A stretch of 63,634 nucleotides of DNA, counting the filler, from Stramenopiles sp. TOSAG23-6 (Eukaryota), in the NCBI GenBank assembly GCA_900128565.1. It is 10 parts of 10 records of this genome, joined end to end, with 100 filler letters (N's around TTAATTAATTAA, not from the genome) between each part and the next. Parts side by side here need not be neighbours in the genome. Positions count along the whole stretch, not along the records: positions 46,058 to 53,620 come from LT636550.1; positions 53,721 to 61,271 come from LT636551.1; 8 more parts are not named here. One strand, written 5' to 3'. The translations under genes were made by a program, and so were the position numbers. A model generated the notes under the pieces. The model ran no database searches. It worked only from the letters and a program-made list of their open reading frames with translations, and was not told the DNA's origin. Shown here piece after piece: positions 46,110-56,333 of this stretch. Numbering within the stretch: the stretch's first letter is position 1; every line of letters starts with the position of its first letter.

Positions 46110-47031
46110 ATAGATTTTCTGGGGTTTTACCAAGGATAGATGTTTGACTATCACCTAGCAAAGTGTGAGAGTCACCACCAACAACAACGTCGACTCCTCG
46201 AAGTTGTGAAACAATTTGTAAATCTGCAGCATATCCAATATGTGAAAGCAGTAGGTATTTTGAGGAAATATTTCAAATTTTTTTTGTTTTGTTAGGTACA
46301 AATTTTTCATAGTAAAACAAAAAAATGGTAGGTACAAAATTTAAAAAATACATGATTGTAGTAATTGGAGGTGTTAAAGATTCAAGCTCATCAATGGCTA
46401 ACTGTGCTGATTCTACCTCATCTGTGAGAATTGTTCCATTTGTAGGATTCGAACTTCTCATAGTTTTTCCCTTGACATCAATACCAACAATTCCAATTTT
46501 TTCGCCAGACTGTAAAGTGACCACTGTATACGGTAATATCTTCCCCTTTAAAGGACTGTTTAATCCCGGTTTTATATTAGCACCAAGTATTGGTGTTTTA
46601 CCACATGTGCTACTAGATTGTACATCATCAATAAATTTTGACAAAACGTCGTCTCCATCGTCAAACTCGTGATTTCCAACCTCAAACGCATCAAAGCAAA
46701 TATGATGCATCATTTTTGCGTCAGCCTTACCTTTAAAGAGTGTATAATACTGGGTACCAGTCAATGCGTCACCAGCATGTAGTTTAATAGGATTGATCTC
46801 CGATGCTACTAGTCTATCAAATAAAGAGACAATGAGTGGAAATCCACCATACGTAACCTCAACCTCTTCTACTTTGCTTCCGTCTTGACTTGCAGTAAGA
46901 TTTAACGTTGTCGCATCTAACTTGAACGTCTCTTCGTCGAGGTGGCCGTGGTGATCATTGATGTGTAAAATATTGAATTCAAGGCTCTCTGATAATGCAA
47001 ACAATACAACGAGTGCATGTAAGACGTTCAT
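46110..47031 (-). CDS. Secreted 5'-nucleotidase/metallophosphoesterase, 3'-truncated (exons 47031-46352, 46252-46110)
   Basis: Signal peptide; ILHINDHHGH, HAGDALTG, GNHEFD, LLSHIGY, VVGGDSH. Confidence 0.9.
46253..46351 (-). mobile_element. Family intron, GT...CT, 99 nt
   Basis: AT|GTATTT...AAAATACCT|A gives TIILLSHIGY. Confidence 0.75.
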
Positions 47032-47287
47032 TTTCAGAATCTGGATAAATAGTGTTGCAGAGAGATTAAGGTAATGATTTACTTTCAATTTCAAACAATC
47101 GCGTTGAAATTTGACAGTGAGCTGATTCTTGTTGTTGATGTCCGATGATCGATGAAAAAAACCAAGTTGACCCAATTGAATTGCAACGGCCATTCATTAA
47201 TCATCTGATTCATCTCAATCATTTTTCTCCAGTACCAACAACAAAAAAAAGTTTAGAATTTTGATCGATCCATAAGATAGCGCAAGC

Positions 47288-48157
47288 ATGATAGTGACAA
47301 TGCGCATGATTCGTTCCACACCACGGCTTGTTCGTACTCTATCAAGCGAAGCACCAAAGTTTGATAAAGAGATGGTTGAAATGTACTCTCATATCGCACC
47401 GCAACATATGCACAAAAATGGCCCATGGAAAGCTATCCTAGAAAAAGTCAACACTTTAAATTTATCTGCAGGTTCACAGTTGATAGATATAGCCACTGGG
47501 CCAGGTGAACCGGCTACACTGATTGCAAAGGAGCTTCCACATCTCCACGTTATTGCAACGGATGTATCGGAAGATATGATTGAAAAGGCTTCAAATCATG
47601 CAAAAGACTTGAAAAATATGACAGCTGTGGTTATGGACGCGCAGGATATGTCAGATTTCGAGACTTCTTCTATTGATTGTATTACCTGTTGCTATGGTTT
47701 CATGTTTCCAGAAGATAAAGAGAAAGCAGTTTCCGAAGCTTATCGGGTTCTGAAACCTGGTGGAACTCTAATTAGCACACATTGGCAAGATTTGGATATG
47801 CTAAAAATTACTAAAGAAGTAATGACTGCAGTCCTAGGGCATACACCAGATCCACCTGCCCTCAACCCAATGAGCTTAGCCGAGCCGGATTTATTTGAGT
47901 CTATGCTTCGAGACCAGGGTTTCTCTAACGTAAAATCAGTCGAGTCATGCTACCCTTTTGACTTTTCTGATAATAAAGATTTCCAATTTAAGCTTAGTAC
48001 ATTTTTAGTGAAGGAAGAAATTGAAGAGTTGAATGCTTTTGACGTTGCAAGAGAAGCCTTTAATAAAAATATTCATAAATTTGGCAAGGAGGACTCGCAT
48101 GGATCACTCATTATTGAGAATAATATCTTTAGTTTAGTTACTGCAGAGAAAAAATAA
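47288..48157 (+). CDS. Class I SAM-dependent methyltransferase
   Basis: LIDIATGPG, TDVSEDM, RVLKPGG. Confidence 0.88.
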   Translation: MIVTMRMIRSTPRLVRTLSSEAPKFDKEMVEMYSHIAPQHMHKNGPWKAILEKVNTLNLSAGSQLIDIATGPGEPATLIAKELPHLHVIATDVSEDMIEKASNHAKDLKNMTAVVMDAQDMSDFETSSIDCITCCYGFMFPEDKEKAVSEAYRVLKPGGTLISTHWQDLDMLKITKEVMTAVLGHTPDPPALNPMSLAEPDLFESMLRDQGFSNVKSVESCYPFDFSDNKDFQFKLSTFLVKEEIEELNAFDVAREAFNKNIHKFGKEDSHGSLIIENNIFSLVTAEKK

Positions 48158-48185
48158 AATTAGATATAATTTATACTTCATTTAT

Positions 48186-48455
48186 TTATGAAAAAGCGGC
48201 ATCAAAAGTAGCAGCAATTGCCATTCCTCCAGCGTCGCTTTCAATATAATTGAATGTCGTGGTATTAATAACAACACAATGAGGCGTTCCGTCAATAATA
48301 CTTGTAATTCCTACAGAAAAATGTCCATTCAAATCTAGTAGAAATATATTAGCTTTCTCTTTCTCAACAATGTCTTTACATTCACTCACATCCCGTTTTC
48401 TTGTATCTTTACATTCACTTACATCCCGTTTTCTTGCAACTCTTATGAATTGAAC

Positions 48456-48501
<46 letters not shown>

Positions 48502-49424
48502 ATAGAAATAATTTCTCTTTTTGGTTTTGTTTCCGTGCCAATACCACTTCTATTTTCCGCTCCGTTATTGGTTTTATTGGTTTTATTGGTTTTATTGGTT
48601 TTATTGGTTTTATTGGTTTGGTTCCTTCTTTTCAATATAAAATTTTCAGGTGTCATAAACTCACGAACTGGAAGGAATGTTTCAAAGAAATAAACACTTT
48701 CACCTTCAAGATGCTTTAAGGTTTTCGTTTTCTTATCCAATCTACCCCCAAACTGTCTTTCCTCTACATATAATCGCTCCTTCTCTTCATATGTTGCACT
48801 TTCATACTCTGGCCACTGATTGAAGCGAAAAAAAATACAGTTTATTCTCTCCTGTATCAATACGTCTGAAATTTCATAATTTGCAACCCAACTTTTTAGA
48901 TAAGCAATTTTGTTGCGTACATTTGATAATGGTTTCTGTATATATGTTTCGCGGTTGGCTTTGATTGTTTTCATTGCATTTCTAGTAAGAGGAAGTAACT
49001 CTTCTTTTAGAAACGTTTCACTACGAAGATGATTGAAAAGGTTGAGTAATTCTGATTTTGTACGTAGACTTCCAGTAAAATTAAGATACTTACTAACTGA
49101 CATTGTCAAAGCGAGTGATAAATAACCACAAATGCTACATGCTGTTTTGAACTCTTTGATAGAGGCATGAAAAAAACTGTGCGCTTGGTTACAAATGTTC
49201 GCCTGTACAATAATACCGTTAGTAACTTTTTCCGGAGTATGCTTAGTTTTATGTTTCAAAAGCGCATGACGAGTAGTTTCATACGTCGATTGCAAAATTG
49301 CTGACGCATTCTTTCCTAGTAGTAATCCCGCTTCACGAGCTGATGCTTCTAAAGCAAGCTGAAGCATTTCTTCATCTGATAAATTTTGGAAAAACATTAC
49401 GAAATATTTAATATTGGCATTCAC
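48186..49424 (-). CDS. Unknown protein with N-terminal UIM-like motif (start uncertain)
   Basis: SDEEMLQLALEAS; long ORF with poly-D and (NKT)n tracts. Confidence 0.55.
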
Positions 49425-49572
49425 GCACCAGTTTTAACTCTGACTCTGACGTGTCCATATTTCTGTTGTGTTGATGGATCTGATCGATCAATAAATTTGA
49501 ATTTAAATTTGAATACACGAAATAAATCGAAATCCAAAAAGAAAAAGAGACAGGAACGGAGATATTTCGATT

Positions 49573-51633
49573 TTGAATTTCGAAATTTCGAATTCAAATT
49601 TACTTTGTTTGTTTGTGTTATTCACCATATCCTTTTTTTTAAATCACAACAACTCCCTTCTACTTGTACAAATTAATAAAGTCTACACAGAATCGGACGA
49701 ATTGAAGAAGAAGGTAACTCTACTGAAGCATTTTCGTACACATCTGTTGCAGGCGCAAAGTGAGCCAGAGGAGACTCACACTAAGTCTAATAATGTAGGC
49801 GCATCAAACTGTGATGAGTCATTATATTCACTCTACAATGACACTGCTGATAAATCAATTAATGTAAACGATGTTTCTTCAGATAATAATTTTTATAATA
49901 AACACCAAACTGCACATGATGAATTAGCAAACACTGAACCGTTGTTGGTTTTTGAAGATGAAGACGACTGCAGTCACCACTATAAAAATATTGATTCTAC
50001 GATTTCAAATAGTTATATCGAGCCAAGCTCTTTAAAAACGGACACACAACATGTAGATGTAACAGATAAAGACAATTTGGCGGAAGATCTTGTCTGTGCT
50101 GAACCAGTTAGTTCAAATTGTGAAACAACCAAAGAAATTATACCATTGAATAAGAGTGTTACACAAATACAGAAGAATAATAATCTAGACATTTGTAATG
50201 GCATTATTCAACAACGAGAAAACATATCTCAACTAATTAAGCATACAGGAAATAATCAAATAAATGAAGAAGGGTACTTGACTGTAAAAGCCGCTGAGCT
50301 ACACATTTCTCCAAATCAAGAAGCCTTGGAAAAATTACCATTATGTGTATCTCTCTGTGTTGGACGGAAGATTCGTGGACCATCAAAATTACTTCCCGGT
50401 GAAATATTAATTCGTGTAGTTGCTTCTGCAATGAGCGACATGGATGTCCTTCGTTGTCAACCTTATTCAGCTTTGTTTTCGGCACATGAATCATCTCTAA
50501 CTCCCATGGAAAACGTAGATGACGCACTACACGAGTCTCAAACAAATATCGTTCCCGGTTTCTTTTTATCAGGAACAATTGAAGCAACAGGTCCAAAGCA
50601 ATCTGTGTCCTCTTCATTTTCGTTACAACGTGGTGTTGACGTAGTATGTATGGTACCTCTTTCATCGCGTAACGGGGCTTGTGCAGAATATACAATTCAA
50701 TCAGAAGCAAATGTAATACCAAAACCTCCATTGCTTTCACATGCTTCAGCTGCAGCATCACTCGCACAAGGTCTCCGTGCTTTCATGGCTATTAATTATG
50801 CAGCGAAAAATGTTATATCTGGATTATCTGGTGACACTGTTTTAATTCTGGGGGCATCAGGTGCAAATCATATGGCAATGCAGCTCGCTTTACGCCGAGG
50901 TGCGAAAGTTTTATGTCCAATATGGAATGATGCTTCACTTTCTGCTACACTTGCATATGCCGCTTCTTGTCCATTTGAGTATTCTTGTATTCGTTACAAT
51001 AATAATAATAATAATAATAATGTCACTGCATATTCTTTGGCAAATAATACTGAACGAACATGTAGAGCAAAAAATACGCATACCACGACGAATAGTGAAA
51101 ACTTCGAAGGAGGTGGCCACCTTCGTATATTTGATCTTCGAAGGCAATGCGAGGAAAATGTACTTAAAGAAGGTTCCAAACTATTAGAAATGGTGTTTCG
51201 TGAGACAGGAGGATTAGGTGCAAATTTAGTGATAGATAATTGTGTATTGAATTCTTTTGATGAAGAAAATAATACGAACAATAAGGTTCTTGTGAATAAT
51301 GAAACAGTCATCGAAATAGAACTTCTTGTGTCTTGTCTGGCAGTGAGAGGTTCTCTAGTGACGTCCCGAGATCAACTACAAATTTCTCGGATTTTATCAA
51401 GAACTTTACTACTAAAAGATGCTGCTCTTTCCTTTCTCTTTGAACATGCATGGCAACTATCTCCGTCGCATCATGGTCGTTTTAGACATGTTATACAGGA
51501 AATATTAGAAATGGTAAACAAACATCAATTGGTTCCTGCAATATCAGCAACATATCCACTTGTTCGCGTTGCTGAAGCTCATATGGCTTTGCCTCATTTA
51601 GTTTGTAGAGGTGCAGTGGTGCTTGAATCATAA
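49573..51633 (+). CDS. MDR/quinone oxidoreductase-like (CRYZL1-like) protein with long N-terminal extension; start unclear
   Basis: EILIRVVASA, VPGFFLSGTI, AEY..Q..NVIPKP, GDTVLILGAS, ETGGLGA. Confidence 0.7.
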   Translation: MNFEISNSNLLCLFVLFTISFFLNHNNSLLLVQINKVYTESDELKKKVTLLKHFRTHLLQAQSEPEETHTKSNNVGASNCDESLYSLYNDTADKSINVNDVSSDNNFYNKHQTAHDELANTEPLLVFEDEDDCSHHYKNIDSTISNSYIEPSSLKTDTQHVDVTDKDNLAEDLVCAEPVSSNCETTKEIIPLNKSVTQIQKNNNLDICNGIIQQRENISQLIKHTGNNQINEEGYLTVKAAELHISPNQEALEKLPLCVSLCVGRKIRGPSKLLPGEILIRVVASAMSDMDVLRCQPYSALFSAHESSLTPMENVDDALHESQTNIVPGFFLSGTIEATGPKQSVSSSFSLQRGVDVVCMVPLSSRNGACAEYTIQSEANVIPKPPLLSHASAAASLAQGLRAFMAINYAAKNVISGLSGDTVLILGASGANHMAMQLALRRGAKVLCPIWNDASLSATLAYAASCPFEYSCIRYNNNNNNNNVTAYSLANNTERTCRAKNTHTTTNSENFEGGGHLRIFDLRRQCEENVLKEGSKLLEMVFRETGGLGANLVIDNCVLNSFDEENNTNNKVLVNNETVIEIELLVSCLAVRGSLVTSRDQLQISRILSRTLLLKDAALSFLFEHAWQLSPSHHGRFRHVIQEILEMVNKHQLVPAISATYPLVRVAEAHMALPHLVCRGAVVLES

Positions 51634-51770
51634 ATATAAAATGTAAAACAAATATATTATATTTTTATCGCTTTTATGGTTTTAAAACATAAAGTTTCTT
51701 CTATTTAGACAACTTTGCCTAACGCAAAAGATTACTTTTTCGTTCAACTAAAATAACTACACATTCTAAA

Positions 51771-53419
51771 TCATCTTTTCGAACCTGTAACAAGTTGGTG
51801 AAGAATATCTTTTGTGTAACGTAATCTCTTGGCAATATCTGGTCGTTTCGCCGAAACTGAATCAAGACCAATATTTATTCTTTTACCAGATTTATCTTTA
51901 TAAAGGCATACTCGAGAATCGCCATATAAATGAACTTCACTATTATCAAAAAATGATACTTGGACAGTTTGGTCACTTATACGAAATAATACAGCATGGC
52001 GTGTTTTTACCCATTTTTTTACATATGTAAGATCAGAGGTACCAGAACTACGAGATCGTGCAGTTTTTTCCTCTTTTTCAGCTTCATCGAATGGAGTTTG
52101 TTGCTGCAACAGATGTGTACGAAAATGCTTCAGTAGAGTTACCTTCTTCTTCAATTCGGTTGGATAACTTAAAAGAGTGTGACGCTGCCTGACGACTGGA
52201 CTTCGTTTCCCATTATTTTTACGGCGTGACCTTTCTATATATTCAAAATTATGACCATTATTAGATAGAATAATTTTTGAACTATCATTAAAATAAACCC
52301 CGACACTACCATCAACCATCAAATAACCCAACCCATATTTACTCGTATAATCAACCCATTTTGTTACCCATGTCGTGATCCGTTCAGATGTACTTGATGT
52401 ATGTTTTGCGTCTCTGTGTGATATTCTCTGATATTTTTCATCCACTTCTTCTCGGTATCTATTGGTGTGTCCTTTGTCATCACTCGAACGATTACGGTGA
52501 GGTTGTGATTTCATACCTTCATACATTAAACCTGTATTTCCACTCAATGGACTTTTTACTTCAAGATAATCAAGATCATGCTTGTTGCTACTTTTCTTAC
52601 TATTATAATTATTTTCATTTTGTGAACTGCGACCAGCACGTCCACTAGTGACGACATTACCAGAGCGAAAAGATGATCGTCGCTCATTACCATCTCGAGG
52701 TGAAGTTTTCATTCCACCAGATTTTTTTTGGCGAACACGTCGAGATTCACCGCTACTGTGTTGAGAACGCGGAGATTTATACTTTTGTGAACCACGACTT
52801 GAACCATCTGCTGTTGTATGTCCACCATTACTCACTCTAGCTCTTCCACNATCACCATTTCCATTAGGTGCATCAAACGCTAATTTTGTAAAGGCAGTTG
52901 ATAAGTTTTTATCTTTTTCTTCAGTGGGATGGAATTGCATCCCTTGTTTAGATGTAGCATGATTATATTGTTGCGAGTTATGTCTGTGTGAATTTTGTTT
53001 ATGATTACCCAACACAGGTCTTGAATAAACACCAGAAAGTTTTTCCGGATTATTTTTCGATTGAGAATTTCTGCTACGTCGTGCTGAAGATGATGTTCCC
53101 GCGTTAAGATCAGTTTTAATATTTTCAGTATTTGCATGACGTTTCGATGAGGTAGAGTAGGGGAAAAAAGGTTTCACGGTTAAGCTCTCTTTGAAGAGTT
53201 GTTTTGGGATATACAGTGAAGAAATGTCAAATTTGAAATTCGTTAGGTATGAAGTTTTCTATGAAAAACAAACTAATTTGAAATTCATGATGATAACATA
53301 CATAAAACCACTATTAAAGAAGGGATGATTTTTCATTTCAAGTAGAGTAGGTCTGGATTCTGGCCGAGGACTTAAAATCCATTTAATCAAGTCTTTTGCT
53401 TCCCGAGATATAATAATAG
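51771..53419 (-). CDS. PLK: Polo-like kinase, C-terminal part with two polo boxes (exons 53419-53302, 53208-51771)
   Basis: WVTKWVDYTSKYGLGY, VGVYFND, KKKVTLL, YVKKWVKT, QVSFFDN. Confidence 0.93.
53209..53301 (-). mobile_element. Family intron, GT...AT, 93 nt
   Basis: AT|GTATGT...CTGTATAT|C gives FFNSGFIPKQL. Confidence 0.8.
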
Positions 53420-54196
53420 CTGTATAAGTGTGAAATATTTCCAAAAAGATTACATTCTTTCAGTTAGAGATTTTTCCAGACGTTAAAAAAACATATAATA
53501 AAGCTGTATCAAACCTTAATGAGTGAATAGCATAGTAAAATATTGAAAAAAAGATGACCTACATGTATTGTGAAAAAATATTTTTTTTGTAAAATTCGTT
53601 AGGTACAAAATTTCGTACGANNNNNNNNNNNNNNNNNNNNNNNNNNNNNNNNNNNNNNNNNNNNTTAATTAATTAANNNNNNNNNNNNNNNNNNNNNNNN
53701 NNNNNNNNNNNNNNNNNNNNAATAATATGGAAAAATATCTCGTAGGTAGAATGATAAATAATATATAACTTATCTAGTAGAATCTATAATTATAATAAAA
53801 GGACAGTACATCATGCTAATGTAATTTTTAAATTATCATTATCATCTAAGGATTGAGTTCATTAATATTTTTATTAATTAAGACATTAATTCAGTTTTTT
53901 AAAAATTCATTAACTTAGGGTTAGGGTACTCGATTTTGAGACTAGAATCTGATAAACTCTCTCTCGTGTCTCGCTGATCTCTCTCACTGATCTCTCACTG
54001 ATCAGCCTATAAAGTATATTTTTCCAGTATACGTCGAGGTACTGTAATTAAAACGCGGAAAATTCTATCTGTCCACTCCGGGATAAATGTGTAATGAATG
54101 AAACCTTTTCACACTCTTGCCATATTCTTTCTTATTTTGTATTATTAGGGTTCGTAAGTGATTTCTACTATAATAGTTGCTTGTCCAATAAAGGTG

Positions 54197-54577
54197 ATGA
54201 CACTATCTCCTGCTGAAGTTCCGTCAGAACTTTCACAATCTGTTGCTGCAGAAACTGATGGCATCACAGGAATTCAACACTTGCTAGATAAAGCAGTATC
54301 GAAATTTCATGATTCGATGCATCAGCTGCAAAATGCGCAGGATAGTACTCAAAGTTTACGCGAGGTATCCGAGCATTTTGCTTTAATTGATTTAGCTATT
54401 GAGAACCTTGCTGGAGTTGAAAGGACAGAGGACGAACAACTTTCGGAACTATCTTTGTTAGAGTCAAAAAATCGAGCTGCTTTAGAGGAATTACACAATG
54501 CTATTTGTTTTGCTGATGATACCGCTAAGTTAGCACATGTTATCATTGATTCAAGTGTTAGAACCCTAAATCAATAA
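54197..54577 (+). CDS. Mediator subunit 21 (SRB7)-like
   Basis: IDLAIENLAG..EDEQ..L..LE..N pattern resembles MED21. Confidence 0.55.
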   Translation: MTLSPAEVPSELSQSVAAETDGITGIQHLLDKAVSKFHDSMHQLQNAQDSTQSLREVSEHFALIDLAIENLAGVERTEDEQLSELSLLESKNRAALEELHNAICFADDTAKLAHVIIDSSVRTLNQ

Positions 54578-55178
54578 AAGAAGATGAATTACACCCTTCC
54601 AAGGACAAGTCACAGTCGCTTGTATATCATTCTATTCCACTTGTTTACAATCATTTAATAATAGAATCTGGATCCTTGAACATGGAAATTGGACAATTAC
54701 TGTTGTAGAAGTTATTTTCATTCTTCTGCTCTTGAAATAGATTTGCTAGTTCTTTGCATGGATTGGAATTGGGGAAAATTCAAGGCTCTCATTTGCAGAT
54801 ATTGTTTTGATATATTTGACTTTTGTGAACTTCGAAATGGTAATTTACATCAAATATATTATAGAATGTTTTTATTAAAGAGATTTAAAAAAGTTTCTAT
54901 TTTAATCTGATTTTAGGCTTTTTTTTCTAATTTTTGATTTCAGATTTTCTGAGCATTTTATAATATAATTCAATTTTGTAACAACAGAACACGAACACAA
55001 TTAATTCGAAGTTGACATATCATGACTACTCACTCATGAGTCATAACGACATCAACAATGTCATGAGCTTGAGCGTGAGTTTTTTAGACGTATATATGAC
55101 TAATCTAGACGAAAACTACCGTATAATTTACATCTTCTTTGATTGATAATTATATCAACAAAATTTTCTTAAGTTGTG

Positions 55179-56183
55179 ATGTATAATTCAGGCGCGGCTC
55201 TTTTAGTTGTGGGCATTACTGGTTTACTCACAGTCTTCACAGTCTTGTGGTTAATTATAAATGTGTTGACACAAACGAAGAAAGAGGCGAAAACCAAAAN
55301 GAATGCAAACAATCCACAAATTACACGTGCACAGAGACGGACAGAATTAAAAAGTAAGTTGCGACGACGAAGAGCAGCAGAACGTCGTTCTTTGGTTAAC
55401 GGGGGGAATTTAGATAGTGTCGAAGAGCAAGATGTTGAAGTTGGCTCTGAAGATTCAGATTTGGTTGATATAGCAAATTTTCAGGGTTCAAAGAAAAAAC
55501 TTCGGAAATTGAAAAAAAAACAAGAGAAGAAAGATCGCCGCGAGTGGGAAGCACACCAAAGAGAGGAAAAATTGATCAGCGAGGAGGAGAAAAGAGCGGC
55601 TAGTAATTATGAACATAAAGTTGCTGAAGAAGAGCGCCTTAGACGAGAGAAAATGGAGATTGAAGAAAATCGCAAAGCTGAGGAGGAAGCGCAGAAAGAA
55701 TTTGACTCCTGGAAAGGTTTATTCGAAGTCAGTGAAGCGGGAGATGAAATTGATACGGTAGATTTCAATTCTGATTGCTTACTTCAAAAATTTATAAGTT
55801 ATATAAAGTTAAGAAAAATTGTTATTTTGGAAGATGTCGCTGCAGAATTTGGCTTACACTCAAAAGACGTTATACACCGCATTAATTCATTACAATCAAT
55901 GGGGACTATCACAGGTGTTTTTGATGATAGAGGCAAGTTCATTTATATTACAGAAGAAGAAATGCTTCGTATAGCAAATTTTATTAAGACAGAAGGACGA
56001 GTCTCTTTGACAACTTTAGCTGAGAGGAGCAATGAACTGATTAATCTACTTCCACTTAAAATTTTACCTGAGAAGGATATTGAAGCTAAACTAATTGATG
56101 AAGTTGTATATCAAGAGTGTAAGAATACAATTAGTACTGGTGGTGATGTAGTAATAATTGAAAAGGTACAACAAGGAAGATAA
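55179..56183 (+). CDS. DDRGK1: DDRGK domain-containing protein 1 (UFBP1)
   Basis: N-terminal TM, charged coil, TGVFDDRGKFIYIT. Confidence 0.93.
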   Translation: MYNSGAALLVVGITGLLTVFTVLWLIINVLTQTKKEAKTKXNANNPQITRAQRRTELKSKLRRRRAAERRSLVNGGNLDSVEEQDVEVGSEDSDLVDIANFQGSKKKLRKLKKKQEKKDRREWEAHQREEKLISEEEKRAASNYEHKVAEEERLRREKMEIEENRKAEEEAQKEFDSWKGLFEVSEAGDEIDTVDFNSDCLLQKFISYIKLRKIVILEDVAAEFGLHSKDVIHRINSLQSMGTITGVFDDRGKFIYITEEEMLRIANFIKTEGRVSLTTLAERSNELINLLPLKILPEKDIEAKLIDEVVYQECKNTISTGGDVVIIEKVQQGR

Positions 56184-56333
56184 GGAAAAAAAATCATGAT
56201 ATGGAATAAACCTGCTTTCTTATATTATAGAAAAAAGAGAGAGAGAAAAAAACGAAGACCGTTACATTTGTGTCAAAAGATTGAGAAGTGCAAATCTTCT
56301 GCTATTCCCCCATTTAGTTCAACAAATTGTAAA

